From: a bacterium
Lineage (GTDB): Bacteria > Zhuqueibacterota > Zhuqueibacteria > Residuimicrobiales > Krinioviventaceae
Length of the DNA: 64,000 nt
Reading direction: 5' to 3'
NCBI GenBank assembly: GCA_963675755.2
Contig: CAXXMD010000002.1
Coordinates: forward strand, 1,664,001-1,728,000
The notes below the pieces were generated by a model. The model was not told the origin of the DNA, searched no databases, and worked only from the letters and a program-made list of their open reading frames with translations. Below are positions 49,196 to 59,769 of this stretch, in pieces. A program made the translations under genes and the position numbers. How positions within the stretch are numbered: position 1 is the stretch's first letter; each line of letters starts with the position of its first letter.

Positions 49196-52100
49196 ATGAG
49201 CAGTATGCGTATTCGTCTCCCCTTTTTGTCTTTACTCTTAATCCTTTTGTATCAATCTCTTTTTTCTCAAAACCTTGGCCTTGATCCCGAAGCTAATCAA
49301 ATCAATGCAGTACGTTTTGATCCATCGTATTACTATGATTCAGATCTTGAAATCAAAGAGATGGCTCAGTCCCTGCTTCAAGCCTGGAAATCGAACGGAA
49401 TCAATACTGTATTTTACAAAGTATATGATCCTGCCTATGGTGCTAAATATGTTACTGACTATCAATTTAACATCATGGCGGATTATGGCAAACAGGATCT
49501 TTTATCACACATCATTAATGCAGCCCGTGAAACGGGTGATATGCAAATTATTGCATGGATTCCCGCGTTTCTTCATAAATCTGCCTGGGAGAACAATCCT
49601 GATTGGCGCGTTAAAAATTCAGATGGAAGCGATTACCAGCCCAATCCTGAAGATTATTTTCTCTGCCCGGCAAATGATCAGGTCCGTAGTTGGTGGATGG
49701 GTTTTATTAAAGACATTCTGGACAATTACCCAGATCTGGATGGAGTTGATATTGCAGAACCCATTGTCAAGTGGAATGACCATCGCTGCTATGGTGAGCA
49801 ATGTTCCCGATCTGAGGATCCCCTTTATACTTCAAAAGCACTTACAAAAACCTTGAATGAATCTGTTGAACTGATAAATAGCTATAATAAATTATCCTGC
49901 ATTACATCTGTCGTTACCGCAAACGCTAATGGCAGATTATTAACAATTGCTGAACAACAACTAAAATCCGGATTTTACCTGGATGGTGTATTGGATTATA
50001 AATCCCCGCCAGACTGGATCAACCTTGAATTAATGTGGCAGCAATGGGCGGATTACTATAATGCCCCCAATATTTTTACACCAGAATGGACAACAAATGC
50101 CGCTAAAACGGTTGTCAAATTTGTAGATGACCGTGCAACATTGATCGCACATCTTGAACAAACCTCATTTGGACAGATCAAGGTAGATGCTGAACAGTTG
50201 AACAATGCAATACAGTATAGCAAAGATGCAGGTATAGAACATGTAGATATTTACGATACCCATTTACTGGATGAAATGAACGCATGGTCAGTAATTAAAC
50301 CGTCTTTGGAATATGTGCCAACAAAGAATATTCTGGTATTAACGGATCCTAGTGGAGAAAATGACGCAAAACAAATTGCCAGCCTTCTCAGCCATTTTAA
50401 AACAAATATAGAATTTATCCAATTGGGTAATGATATTCAATTACCTGCTATGGACTCGTTACAAACCATATTTTATATTGGTATTGATGAAAAATTTCAG
50501 ATTCCCAATTCGGTCCTCACTGCATTGAAAAGCTTTGACGGAGATCTGTGCTGGATCAATTACGGAGTTGATCAATATATTAAAAATATTGGACTGGAAA
50601 AGACCGGTTTTTATGTAAATGCTATTCATCATGATTCATTATATCAGACAGTGCCCTTTAAAGGATATGACCTGCCCCGATTTGACCCATCTTATGTAGA
50701 AACAACCATTACTGACAGCAGTAAATGTCGCGTATTGGTTGAAATGCAGGGCAATCAAGGCAGCCTCCCTTATGTTATTAAAAGCAGTAATCTCTGGTAT
50801 TTTGCGGATTTACCGACCGCTTTTGTAACCGAAGGCGGAAGACACATTGTTATCAGTGATATGCTGCATGACATTGTAAGAGAAGACCATAAACCGAAAA
50901 AACTCGCACTGATCCGAATTGAAGATATTCATCCCATTTCAGACATAAAAGCGCTTGAACAAGTAACCGGTTACCTGAAATCTCAGGATGCACCTTATAG
51001 CATTGGTATTGTTCCCTATTACCTGGATCCTGAATCCAATTTAACAGCCACATTGAATGACATGCCGGATTTTGTTGATTTTGTGCACAAATCCATGAAA
51101 TCGGGTGCAACCATAATTATGCATGGATCAACCCATCAGTTCAGAGGTGAAACCACAGCAGATTACGAGTTCTGGGATGGTATGACCGAAGAGGTACTGT
51201 TCTCAGACTCGAAGGAATATGTAAGACAAAAGTTACTGTCAGGCTTGCAGGCATTTAAAGAAAATGGTATATATCCAATCATTTGGGAAACGCCTCATTA
51301 TGCTGCATCACAAATGGATTATGGCGTCATTAATAAGTTTTTCAATACCGCTTATGAACGCAGACAAACAGTAGATAAACATGGTTCGGATCAATTATTG
51401 CCCTATATGATTTATAATCATACTGCGGGCAACAAGATCATTCCAGAAAATTTGGGTTATATCCCTCTTGACGATCCGAATCCCGCACCCATGCTTCAAG
51501 CTGCCGAACATAATCTTGCAATTCGTGACGGAGTAGCCAGTTTCTTTTTCCACACATTTGTTGATCATAATGCTTTAAAAACCATTGTGCCCGGACTGAA
51601 AAAAATGGGTTACACGTTTACGTCTCCCCGCTATACAGCATCCAAGGTTATAGCTCCGGAATACCAGGCGCTAACCGGTGATGGTTCGATAAGCCTTACA
51701 TTAGATGGACAGTATTACCATGAATTTTATATGGACATAAAGGGCAGGAAAAAGAACGAATTTTATTCAGACTCTAGCCTGACTGAAACAATTAATAAAG
51801 ATGTCAAGGTGCCCACCGGCTGGATTTTCATTGCAGAAAAACTGGATGATAAACCCAAAGGACTGTTTGCAAGAGCAGTTAGTACAATAACACCCAATGT
51901 TCCCGAACTTTCTGAAACCATCTTTAACACAAACTCAAAATCATTAATAGATGAAGGTTCTTTTCCAATAAGTGCCGGAATTATTGTTGATTCTACCGCA
52001 ACAGGCCCTGCGGGTATTTCACAAAACAATCTGATCAAATCATTACAGGTAGTTGGCATTGATGTACAAATTTTACCTTTTGAAAACCTGATAGAGATTC

Positions 52101-54166
52101 CTGATGATATCAACATGCTGGTTGTACCCAAGGCAGCAGCAGACAGGTTAACAGAGCAGCAAAATCTTTTCATCTCGTATGCTTTACAAAACGGTCTAAA
52201 TGTCGTTTTTGAAAAGCACTCAAATATTGCCAATAATATTGGCATTATTGAACTCGATCAGGAAATCGTTATCAATAATGTGTATGATGAATATTATCCC
52301 GGTGTAAACATGACCTGGAAAACGCCAGATACCCTGCGTGCGTTTGATGTTGATATTGATTATGTTTCATATTACAGCATTCAAGATTCTGGTGATCCTG
52401 TGGTCATTGGCGGTGAATACGGTGAGGGTAAGTACCTGTTTATGGGTACATTATTTGATCCGATTACTGATTATGGATATGCTCGTTTCCCCTATTTTAT
52501 TGATCTATTGAAAAGACAGTTTAACCTGGTTCCTACAGTTCGCAGAAATACAGTAGAAATCTATTTTGAGCCGGGTGACCGTGAAGATATCAGCATTGAA
52601 GAACTCGTTAAAATGTGGCGCAACTTTGGTGTTCGTCGAATATATGTTTCAACCTGGCATTTTTATGAAGAATATACCTATGATTATGAACGTCTTATAG
52701 AACTTGCTCACCAGAACGCCATGCTGGTTTATGCATGGCTTGAAATTCCGCATGTTAGTCAAAAATTTTGGGATAAACACCCGGAATGGAGAGAAATAAC
52801 TGCAACCGGAGAAGAAGCACATATTGACTGGCGTCGTAATATGGCTGTAGATTTGCCCGAATGCCGGCAAGCCATTTTTGATGAATTACAAAAAGCCCTG
52901 TTGGAATATGACTGGGACGGGATCAATTTTGCTGAACTTTATTATGAATCTCCGGAAGGATTCAAAGCTCCACAAAATATGACTCCCATGAACGATTATG
53001 TTCGTAACATGTACTCGCAAAAATATGGTTACGATCCCAAAAGCTTGTTTGCTACGGCCTCCCCCTATTACTGGAAACGCAATAAACAAGCAGTTGAACA
53101 ATTCCAGCAATTTAGAGAAGACAGGGTCTTTTATCTGCATGGTGAATTTTTAAAATTCATGCACGAGCTTCGTCGTAAAAATGGTCGTGAATGGGAAATT
53201 CTGGTTACAACGCTTGAAAATATTTTCTCGCCGGAAATTGGTAAAGCAACAGCAACAAACACCAAGAGAATTCTACAATGGATAGATGAATACCCCTTTA
53301 CTATTCAAATTGAAGATCCGCAGCCATTATGGGCACTGGGTCCGGAACGTTACACCAAGATTCTGGATGAATACTCGTCTCTTGACTATCATAATAACAT
53401 GATTCTGGATATAAATGTGGTACCCTGGCGCGATACCAATATTACGCTGGCCCCAACAAGACAACCTACAGGACTGGAACTATTTCAACTGGCAAAAGCT
53501 GCGTCTGCAAATAATACACGTGTTGCTGTTTATTCTGAAGCCAGTTTATATGAGGTTGATTTCCCCATGCTCACGTATGTTTTTGCAAATAATGCCCGGG
53601 AAAGTATAAACAATAACGAATGGCTGATTGAAACACCTTATACAGTCAATACCCTGCTTGACAGAGATGCTCATAAAGACATCATGTTGAATGGTGTAAT
53701 CTGGCCGGCTTATTATCAGGGACGTGCAATCATTCCCGCAGGATTACACAAAATTCAACCGATATCACGGTATAACGGATTTATCAAAAAATTCAAATCG
53801 GATGTTCGTCTGGTGGAACTGTCGGGTGAATTGCTTGATGCGCAATCCATTTCACGTGGAATCGAAATCACCTATCGCTCAGACGCACCCAATATTTTAG
53901 TATTATCTGAAAATCCAATTTCTATCATTATTAATGAAGAAGAGTTGAACATCCCCGCTATCAAAGGTGAACTGGGCTATTCATTACGTCTACCCGCCGG
54001 TGAACATACAGTAACCATCTATACACAAACAAATGGTACCCAAACGCTCAAATACACCAGTGTTGTCATTTCAGGTATGATTGTAATACTGGGCATTTTG
54101 GCAGGTTTGTTCTTGTCAACTTTATATCTGCAAAATACAATTCGTCGTAAACGCGCTTCAATTTAA
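49196..54166 (+). CDS. Large periplasmic, C-terminally anchored protein: GH-like TIM barrel + DUF2334 polysaccharide deacetylase + second GH-like barrel
   Basis: Signal peptide; AW..HPxWR...DGV/DGI motifs twice (GHL10/GHL13-like); RIEDIHP, MHGSTHQ, WETPHY and SFFFH (DUF2334); C-terminal TM + RRKR. Confidence 0.72.
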   Translation: MSSMRIRLPFLSLLLILLYQSLFSQNLGLDPEANQINAVRFDPSYYYDSDLEIKEMAQSLLQAWKSNGINTVFYKVYDPAYGAKYVTDYQFNIMADYGKQDLLSHIINAARETGDMQIIAWIPAFLHKSAWENNPDWRVKNSDGSDYQPNPEDYFLCPANDQVRSWWMGFIKDILDNYPDLDGVDIAEPIVKWNDHRCYGEQCSRSEDPLYTSKALTKTLNESVELINSYNKLSCITSVVTANANGRLLTIAEQQLKSGFYLDGVLDYKSPPDWINLELMWQQWADYYNAPNIFTPEWTTNAAKTVVKFVDDRATLIAHLEQTSFGQIKVDAEQLNNAIQYSKDAGIEHVDIYDTHLLDEMNAWSVIKPSLEYVPTKNILVLTDPSGENDAKQIASLLSHFKTNIEFIQLGNDIQLPAMDSLQTIFYIGIDEKFQIPNSVLTALKSFDGDLCWINYGVDQYIKNIGLEKTGFYVNAIHHDSLYQTVPFKGYDLPRFDPSYVETTITDSSKCRVLVEMQGNQGSLPYVIKSSNLWYFADLPTAFVTEGGRHIVISDMLHDIVREDHKPKKLALIRIEDIHPISDIKALEQVTGYLKSQDAPYSIGIVPYYLDPESNLTATLNDMPDFVDFVHKSMKSGATIIMHGSTHQFRGETTADYEFWDGMTEEVLFSDSKEYVRQKLLSGLQAFKENGIYPIIWETPHYAASQMDYGVINKFFNTAYERRQTVDKHGSDQLLPYMIYNHTAGNKIIPENLGYIPLDDPNPAPMLQAAEHNLAIRDGVASFFFHTFVDHNALKTIVPGLKKMGYTFTSPRYTASKVIAPEYQALTGDGSISLTLDGQYYHEFYMDIKGRKKNEFYSDSSLTETINKDVKVPTGWIFIAEKLDDKPKGLFARAVSTITPNVPELSETIFNTNSKSLIDEGSFPISAGIIVDSTATGPAGISQNNLIKSLQVVGIDVQILPFENLIEIPDDINMLVVPKAAADRLTEQQNLFISYALQNGLNVVFEKHSNIANNIGIIELDQEIVINNVYDEYYPGVNMTWKTPDTLRAFDVDIDYVSYYSIQDSGDPVVIGGEYGEGKYLFMGTLFDPITDYGYARFPYFIDLLKRQFNLVPTVRRNTVEIYFEPGDREDISIEELVKMWRNFGVRRIYVSTWHFYEEYTYDYERLIELAHQNAMLVYAWLEIPHVSQKFWDKHPEWREITATGEEAHIDWRRNMAVDLPECRQAIFDELQKALLEYDWDGINFAELYYESPEGFKAPQNMTPMNDYVRNMYSQKYGYDPKSLFATASPYYWKRNKQAVEQFQQFREDRVFYLHGEFLKFMHELRRKNGREWEILVTTLENIFSPEIGKATATNTKRILQWIDEYPFTIQIEDPQPLWALGPERYTKILDEYSSLDYHNNMILDINVVPWRDTNITLAPTRQPTGLELFQLAKAASANNTRVAVYSEASLYEVDFPMLTYVFANNARESINNNEWLIETPYTVNTLLDRDAHKDIMLNGVIWPAYYQGRAIIPAGLHKIQPISRYNGFIKKFKSDVRLVELSGELLDAQSISRGIEITYRSDAPNILVLSENPISIIINEEELNIPAIKGELGYSLRLPAGEHTVTIYTQTNGTQTLKYTSVVISGMIVILGILAGLFLSTLYLQNTIRRKRASI

Positions 54167-54182
54167 AACAGCAGGAGTTATT

Positions 54183-55460
54183 TTGCCTTTTTCGCACACA
54201 TCTCTAGATATACTCTTTTTACTGAGTGTTTCCATAACGTGGGCTATGATTCTTTACCAGTTATTTCTAACCATTGCAGGTAACAGATACAGGTTCGATA
54301 TTATGAAAACCGATAAAGAGTTGGAACAAACCCCGGTTAATCCCCAACCGATATCTATCATGATCCCAGCACATAATGAAGAACTGGTTATCGAGAAAAC
54401 CATAGAACGTATCCAAAGTCTGGATTATCCTCCTGAAATGCTTCAAGTGGTAGTAATTAATGACGCATCTCAAGACAACACAGCAGCTCTGGTGGAAGCT
54501 CTGGCTGAAAAGGATAAACGTATCAAACTGGTTACGCTTGAAGGTGACCGGGGACACGGCAAAGCATATGCCCTGAATATTGGGTTAACGCATTGCAGTC
54601 ATGATCTCATTACAATTTACGATGCAGATAATAATCCCTCAAAGGATTCCTTAAAAATTCTTGTTTCTCATCTCAGTCAGGATGATGGACTGGCAGCGGT
54701 TATTGGTAAATTTAGAACCATCAATCGCGCTAAAAACAGTTTGACCCGTTTTATCAATATCGAAACCATGGCCTTTCAATGGATCTTACAGGCCGGGCGT
54801 TACAAAACTTCTCGGATTGCAATTCTGCCGGGGACCAATTATGTTGTTCGTAAATCTGTCATTGAAGAATGCGGCGGCTGGGACCCCAAAGCGATCACTG
54901 AAGATTCCGAAATCAGTGTAAGAATTTACAGATTGGGTTACAAGATCAAATTTGTACCCACCAGTGTTACCTGGGAACAGGAACCCGAAAAAATATCAAC
55001 CTGGATCAGACAACGTACTCGCTGGGTGCGTGGTAATAACTATGTATTGCAAAAATTTGCTCCCGATACATTCAAGTTTAAAAGCCGTTTTCTGTTAATG
55101 GAATTCTTTTATTTATTTGCACTGTACTACCTCTTTCTGGCTGCAATTGTCATTTCACACATGTTGTTCCTCCTGAGCGCTACCGGAGTTGTGGCATTGA
55201 ATGTTCCAGGGCCTTATTTCGGAGTATGGGTTTCTGCATACATCCTGTTTGTTTTGGAAATTGTGGTCGTTTTATCTTATGAACATGAAGATTCAGGCAT
55301 CAATTTATTATACACCCTGTTAATGTATTTTACATATTGTCAATTATGGCTATATGTAGTTTTCAAAGCCCTCTCGCTCGATTTCAGGCGTCACAAGGTT
55401 GGCGAATGGGACAAAACCGAACGATTTGAGGTAAATGTACCGAGCGAGCAGGAAGCCTGA
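54183..55460 (+). CDS. Processive GT2 polysaccharide synthase (IcaA/PgaC/PssC-like)
   Basis: IPAHNEE, INDAS.D, GKA.ALN, DAD, TED and QRTRW (QxxRW); flanking TMs. Confidence 0.9.
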   Translation: MPFSHTSLDILFLLSVSITWAMILYQLFLTIAGNRYRFDIMKTDKELEQTPVNPQPISIMIPAHNEELVIEKTIERIQSLDYPPEMLQVVVINDASQDNTAALVEALAEKDKRIKLVTLEGDRGHGKAYALNIGLTHCSHDLITIYDADNNPSKDSLKILVSHLSQDDGLAAVIGKFRTINRAKNSLTRFINIETMAFQWILQAGRYKTSRIAILPGTNYVVRKSVIEECGGWDPKAITEDSEISVRIYRLGYKIKFVPTSVTWEQEPEKISTWIRQRTRWVRGNNYVLQKFAPDTFKFKSRFLLMEFFYLFALYYLFLAAIVISHMLFLLSATGVVALNVPGPYFGVWVSAYILFVLEIVVVLSYEHEDSGINLLYTLLMYFTYCQLWLYVVFKALSLDFRRHKVGEWDKTERFEVNVPSEQEA

Positions 55461-56305
55461 TGAAATTCTCATTACAAAAAATTGCATTATATAATTGCAT
55501 CCTGGGTCTATTTTTTAGCACATGTGCCTACTCGTTACCGGGTTTGAATCCCAAATTCTTTGCGGAAGCCTATGATGAAACCGTAAATTTTGAACGGGAA
55601 GGTAATAATACCATTACTGCGGGCCATCTCATTCAAGGTGTAAAATTCCCTGAACTGGGGCTTGTTAAATCCGCTGAATTTTATTTTAAACAGCGTTATG
55701 GCAGCGATGCTAACAAAGATTATTGGAACAATCGCGGTGAATTGATCACCGGAACCCGCATTCGTTTTTTTTCCAAAATTTATGTTGCAGTTTTTTATGA
55801 ATATATTCGCGGCTGGTATATGGGTGATAACAATACAAATAATCCCAATCCATATGGCGATACTTATGAAGATATGCGATACGGATTTATTTTCTGGCAG
55901 GGTCTGGATAACGAGTATAAAAAGAAATGGAAAACCAACATCCCCCTCAGTTTTTGGGATGAGATCTATGCAGACGCAGTAAGGTACAAACGGGATGATA
56001 ACAACTTTGCATCATATACCAATATTCGAGCGGGTGAACGTCTGGTAAGAGTTGGTAAAATGGCATTTGATGTTTACGGTGCATTCTATTACGCGTGGGA
56101 TACAAATAAAGATTATTGGAACAATAAATTTGAATATGGACTGGGTTTCAGGCTTAAACCCTGGTCTGATTTGGATCTAAGTTTATTTTACGAAACACTG
56201 GATGGCCAGTATTTAAAACGAAAAGGACGGTATCCTTTACATCATGGTCTCAACTACTCGGACCACCGGTTTGGGATACTCTTTTGGTATGGATTAGGAT
56301 TTTAA
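55460..56305 (+). CDS. Putative outer-membrane beta-barrel export protein
   Basis: Signal peptide, aromatic amphipathic strands, duplicated D.NKDYWNN motif, ends FWYGLGF. Confidence 0.6.
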   Translation: MKFSLQKIALYNCILGLFFSTCAYSLPGLNPKFFAEAYDETVNFEREGNNTITAGHLIQGVKFPELGLVKSAEFYFKQRYGSDANKDYWNNRGELITGTRIRFFSKIYVAVFYEYIRGWYMGDNNTNNPNPYGDTYEDMRYGFIFWQGLDNEYKKKWKTNIPLSFWDEIYADAVRYKRDDNNFASYTNIRAGERLVRVGKMAFDVYGAFYYAWDTNKDYWNNKFEYGLGFRLKPWSDLDLSLFYETLDGQYLKRKGRYPLHHGLNYSDHRFGILFWYGLGF

Positions 56306-56326
56306 CAGCATTTCAAGGAGTTCAAA

Positions 56327-58105
56327 ATGAAAAAAATGCTACTCTTGCTCATTTTATTGATATCAAATCAATTTATATTTGCCCAGGACCAACTCTGGGA
56401 GTTTTCAGCCGATTGGTGGGTTAATTCTATTTATCCCATCAATAGCGTAAATGACAACAGTTTACAGGACGTACTGGTTGCTGCATCTGACAACCGTTTG
56501 TATTGTGTTGAAGGCGGTGGAGATGCCAAAGGAACAATCATCTGGTCCGCTACCTTTACCGGAGATGTCTGGGCAACAGAATCCATACTGGACGTTAACA
56601 ATGACGGTATTGATGATGCCATAGCCGGTGCTGCCGATAATACGGTCTATTGCATATCCGGAGATCCCACTTATGAAGGTGCAGAGATTTGGTCTTATAC
56701 CATCGGCGGTGATGCGTATTGTGTTGACGTAACAAACGATGTCGATTACGATGGAGTTCAGGATTGTGTTGTGGGCAGTAATGATGATTATGTTTACTGT
56801 CTTTCAGGCGCTAATGGCAGCTTAATCTGGAGTTACAAGACTGGAAGTACCGTTTATGATGTTACCCGCGCGGGTGATGTTGATAATGACGGTTATGATG
56901 ATATTTTTGCAGTATCTGTTGATGATAATACTTATTGTCTTTCCGGTAAAATGAATATACCGGGACAACGAGTAATATGGCAAACCACAACGGGCGATGT
57001 CCGCTCGGTCGCCATGATCTCTGATCTGAACAAGGATGGAGAAAATGAATGTCTCGCTGGTGGTGAAAATGATAAAGTAACCTGCCTGTCTGGTACCGAT
57101 GGAACAATTCTCTGGACATTTACTGCTGGTGCATCCATACACAGTATTGCCAGTACTGACGATGCAAATAGTGATGGAAAACCCGATGTATTGGCCGGAT
57201 CTGCAGATAATAAAGTATACATGATTTCGGGACACGATGGCTCTACCATTTGGTATAAACAATACAATGGTGATGTTTGGGATGTTGCGGCTATCCCGGA
57301 TGTGAATAATGACAACGTTCAGGACTGTCTGCTGGGTACGGGTAATAACGATATTGCAGTAATCAGTGGCGCTTCAAGTGGAACGGGAGATGTCATCTGG
57401 TCTGATTCATTCCTGGGTGATGTTTTGACTGTATCGTCATTAAGAGATGTTACCGGCAATGGTATTGTAGAAGTCTTGGGAGGTTCAAACGACAGCCGGG
57501 TTCTTGCATTTGAAGGGAATTCAACAATAACTCCTGTAGAATTGGCAAGCTTTACGGCAATTGTCAACAATAATACTGTAGAGTTGTATTGGGAAACAGC
57601 AACCGAACACAACAATTATGGTTACAAAATACAACGTTCGACGGACAATAAAACCTTTGACACCATTGGTTTTATAAGTGGAAACGGTACCAGCCATAAA
57701 AACGAAGCCTATGAGTATGTTGATGAAAATGTTGGGCCAAACCAGTATTATTACCGATTACTTCAAATAGATTACAATGGTTCAGTCTCAACACTGGATA
57801 CATTACATGTTAATGTAAATGTTCCCGAGACCTTTGCAATACAAAACAATTACCCCAATCCCTTTAATGCAGGAACAGTAATTTCATACTCACTGCCCAA
57901 TCCAGGATATGTGGAAATCAAGATCCATAATATTCGTGGTGAATACATAACAACCCTGTATGAAGGTCAACAACATGCCGGTTACCATAATATTCACTGG
58001 TATGGTAAAAACAACAATGGCATGCTGGTCTCCAGCGGTATATATCTATGCACCATTAAAAATGGAATTCAGAGCCAGACGATCCAAATGTCGTACATAA
58101 AATAA
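56327..58105 (+). CDS. Secreted FG-GAP/Ca-binding beta-propeller with C-terminal sorting domain
   Basis: About 8 repeats with D.N.DG..D motifs and SG..G..IW; PVELASF...W.TATE.NNYG and NYPNPFN tail. Confidence 0.82.
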   Translation: MKKMLLLLILLISNQFIFAQDQLWEFSADWWVNSIYPINSVNDNSLQDVLVAASDNRLYCVEGGGDAKGTIIWSATFTGDVWATESILDVNNDGIDDAIAGAADNTVYCISGDPTYEGAEIWSYTIGGDAYCVDVTNDVDYDGVQDCVVGSNDDYVYCLSGANGSLIWSYKTGSTVYDVTRAGDVDNDGYDDIFAVSVDDNTYCLSGKMNIPGQRVIWQTTTGDVRSVAMISDLNKDGENECLAGGENDKVTCLSGTDGTILWTFTAGASIHSIASTDDANSDGKPDVLAGSADNKVYMISGHDGSTIWYKQYNGDVWDVAAIPDVNNDNVQDCLLGTGNNDIAVISGASSGTGDVIWSDSFLGDVLTVSSLRDVTGNGIVEVLGGSNDSRVLAFEGNSTITPVELASFTAIVNNNTVELYWETATEHNNYGYKIQRSTDNKTFDTIGFISGNGTSHKNEAYEYVDENVGPNQYYYRLLQIDYNGSVSTLDTLHVNVNVPETFAIQNNYPNPFNAGTVISYSLPNPGYVEIKIHNIRGEYITTLYEGQQHAGYHNIHWYGKNNNGMLVSSGIYLCTIKNGIQSQTIQMSYIK

Positions 58106-58122
58106 ATAAAGGATGTTTTTAT

Positions 58123-59244
58123 ATGAAACCCATTGATGTTATGGTCATTTTTGGTACACGCCCGGAAGCGATCAAAATGGCGCCGGTAATTTTGGAATTG
58201 CAAAAACGATCAACCATCAACACGATTACCGTTTCCACATCACAGCATCGGGAAATGCTGGACCAGGTACTTGACATTTTTGACATAAAACCGGACTTTG
58301 ATTTAAAGATCATGCAGCCGGGACAGACATTGAACCAGATTGTAGAAAGATCAGTTAAAGGATTCAGGGATGTGTTTGAACAAACACGTCCCGATCTTGT
58401 TCTCGTTCAGGGAGATACCACCACAGCATTTACCGGTGCATTGGCTGCCTTTTATGAACGGATCCCGGTTGGGCATATTGAAGCGGGATTACGCAGCGGT
58501 GATATGTATTCTCCTTATCCGGAAGAGGCAAACCGCAGAATGATAAGTGTAATTACTGAATTTCACTTTGCTCCAACCCAGGGCAATCATGAATCTTTGA
58601 TCCAGGAAGGTACAGAACCGGAACGCATACATGTAACCGGAAACACTGTTATTGATGCTTTACACTATGTGTTGCAACACAAACCGGTTCAAGGATTCAC
58701 GGAACAATTTTGCAGCAATGGAGATAAACTGGTTCTGGTTACCGCGCACAGGCGGGAAAACTTTGGTGAACCTATTCGCAATATCTGCAAAGCTTTGATT
58801 GAACTAACTGAAACCCACAAAGACATTCAGATAGTCTATCCGGTACATCTTAACAACAATATTCAAAAACCGGTACATGAATTACTGGACAGTAAAGAAC
58901 GTATCCACTTGCTTGAACCGGTGGATTACAGACATCTTACCACATTGATGAAAGACGCCCATATTGTGCTGACAGATTCTGGTGGTCTACAGGAAGAGGC
59001 TCCCGCACTGGGAAAACCGGTGGTTGTTATGCGTACTGAAACAGAACGCCCCGAAGCGGTAAAAGCCGGAACGGCTGTTTTGGTTGGCATTGAACAGGAA
59101 GCAATTGTGAGTAAAATGACACAGCTTTTAACTGACAATACAGCATATCAGTCCATGGCCAAAGCAGTGAATCCCTATGGCGATGGAAAAGCGGCACATC
59201 GGATTGCGGATATTATTGAAACATCCGGATTAAATAAAAATTAA
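58123..59244 (+). CDS. wecB: UDP-N-acetylglucosamine 2-epimerase (non-hydrolysing)
   Basis: GTRPEAIKMAP, QHREMLDQV, QGDTTT, HIEAGLRS, PYPEEANR, HRREN, DSGGLQEE and NPYGDG. Confidence 0.95.
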   Translation: MKPIDVMVIFGTRPEAIKMAPVILELQKRSTINTITVSTSQHREMLDQVLDIFDIKPDFDLKIMQPGQTLNQIVERSVKGFRDVFEQTRPDLVLVQGDTTTAFTGALAAFYERIPVGHIEAGLRSGDMYSPYPEEANRRMISVITEFHFAPTQGNHESLIQEGTEPERIHVTGNTVIDALHYVLQHKPVQGFTEQFCSNGDKLVLVTAHRRENFGEPIRNICKALIELTETHKDIQIVYPVHLNNNIQKPVHELLDSKERIHLLEPVDYRHLTTLMKDAHIVLTDSGGLQEEAPALGKPVVVMRTETERPEAVKAGTAVLVGIEQEAIVSKMTQLLTDNTAYQSMAKAVNPYGDGKAAHRIADIIETSGLNKN

Positions 59245-59250
59245 TATCAA

Positions 59251-59769
59251 CTAGTCCTGGTTGATGGTAGATATCCATTTTCCATCTTCCAGGGCAATCT
59301 CGTCAATATTTCGATTAACCCAGGCGTTTTCCACATCAATACGGTTTACATTTACACCATCGATCAAAGTTACAACATATTTGATACCGGCATTTATAAT
59401 CAATCGCTTGCATATCTTGCAGGGTTCAGAGATCGCTAGTGTCTCTCCACTCTCTGAATCAATCCCCAGTAAATAAAGTGTAGAATCCAGCATATCCAGA
59501 CGTGATGCATGAATGATAGCATTTTGTTCCGCATGAACTGAACGGCACCATTCATAATGCTGGCCATGTTTTATATTCATTTCTTTACGGATGCAAACAC
59601 CAATATCCACACAATTTTTAGTATTTCGCGGCGCACCACAGTATCCGGTTGAAATGATCTGATCATTTTTAACAATCACCGCACCATACATCCGGCGTAA
59701 ACAAGTACTTCGTCCTGCTACTTCGCGGGCAATGTTCAGGTAATATTCATCTTTGGAAATTCGTCCCAT
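59251..59769 (-). CDS. dCMP deaminase family protein
   Basis: RSTCLRR..GAVIV, VHAEQNA and EPCKIC zinc motifs. Confidence 0.9.
   Translation of the reverse strand: MGRISKDEYYLNIAREVAGRSTCLRRMYGAVIVKNDQIISTGYCGAPRNTKNCVDIGVCIRKEMNIKHGQHYEWCRSVHAEQNAIIHASRLDMLDSTLYLLGIDSESGETLAISEPCKICKRLIINAGIKYVVTLIDGVNVNRIDVENAWVNRNIDEIALEDGKWISTINQD

Noticed and set aside
49275-49856. 193-aa alternate-frame ORF and the many other short ORFs nested in or antisense to long genes
   Set aside because: Shadow ORFs with no motifs, fully overlapping well-supported CDSs.
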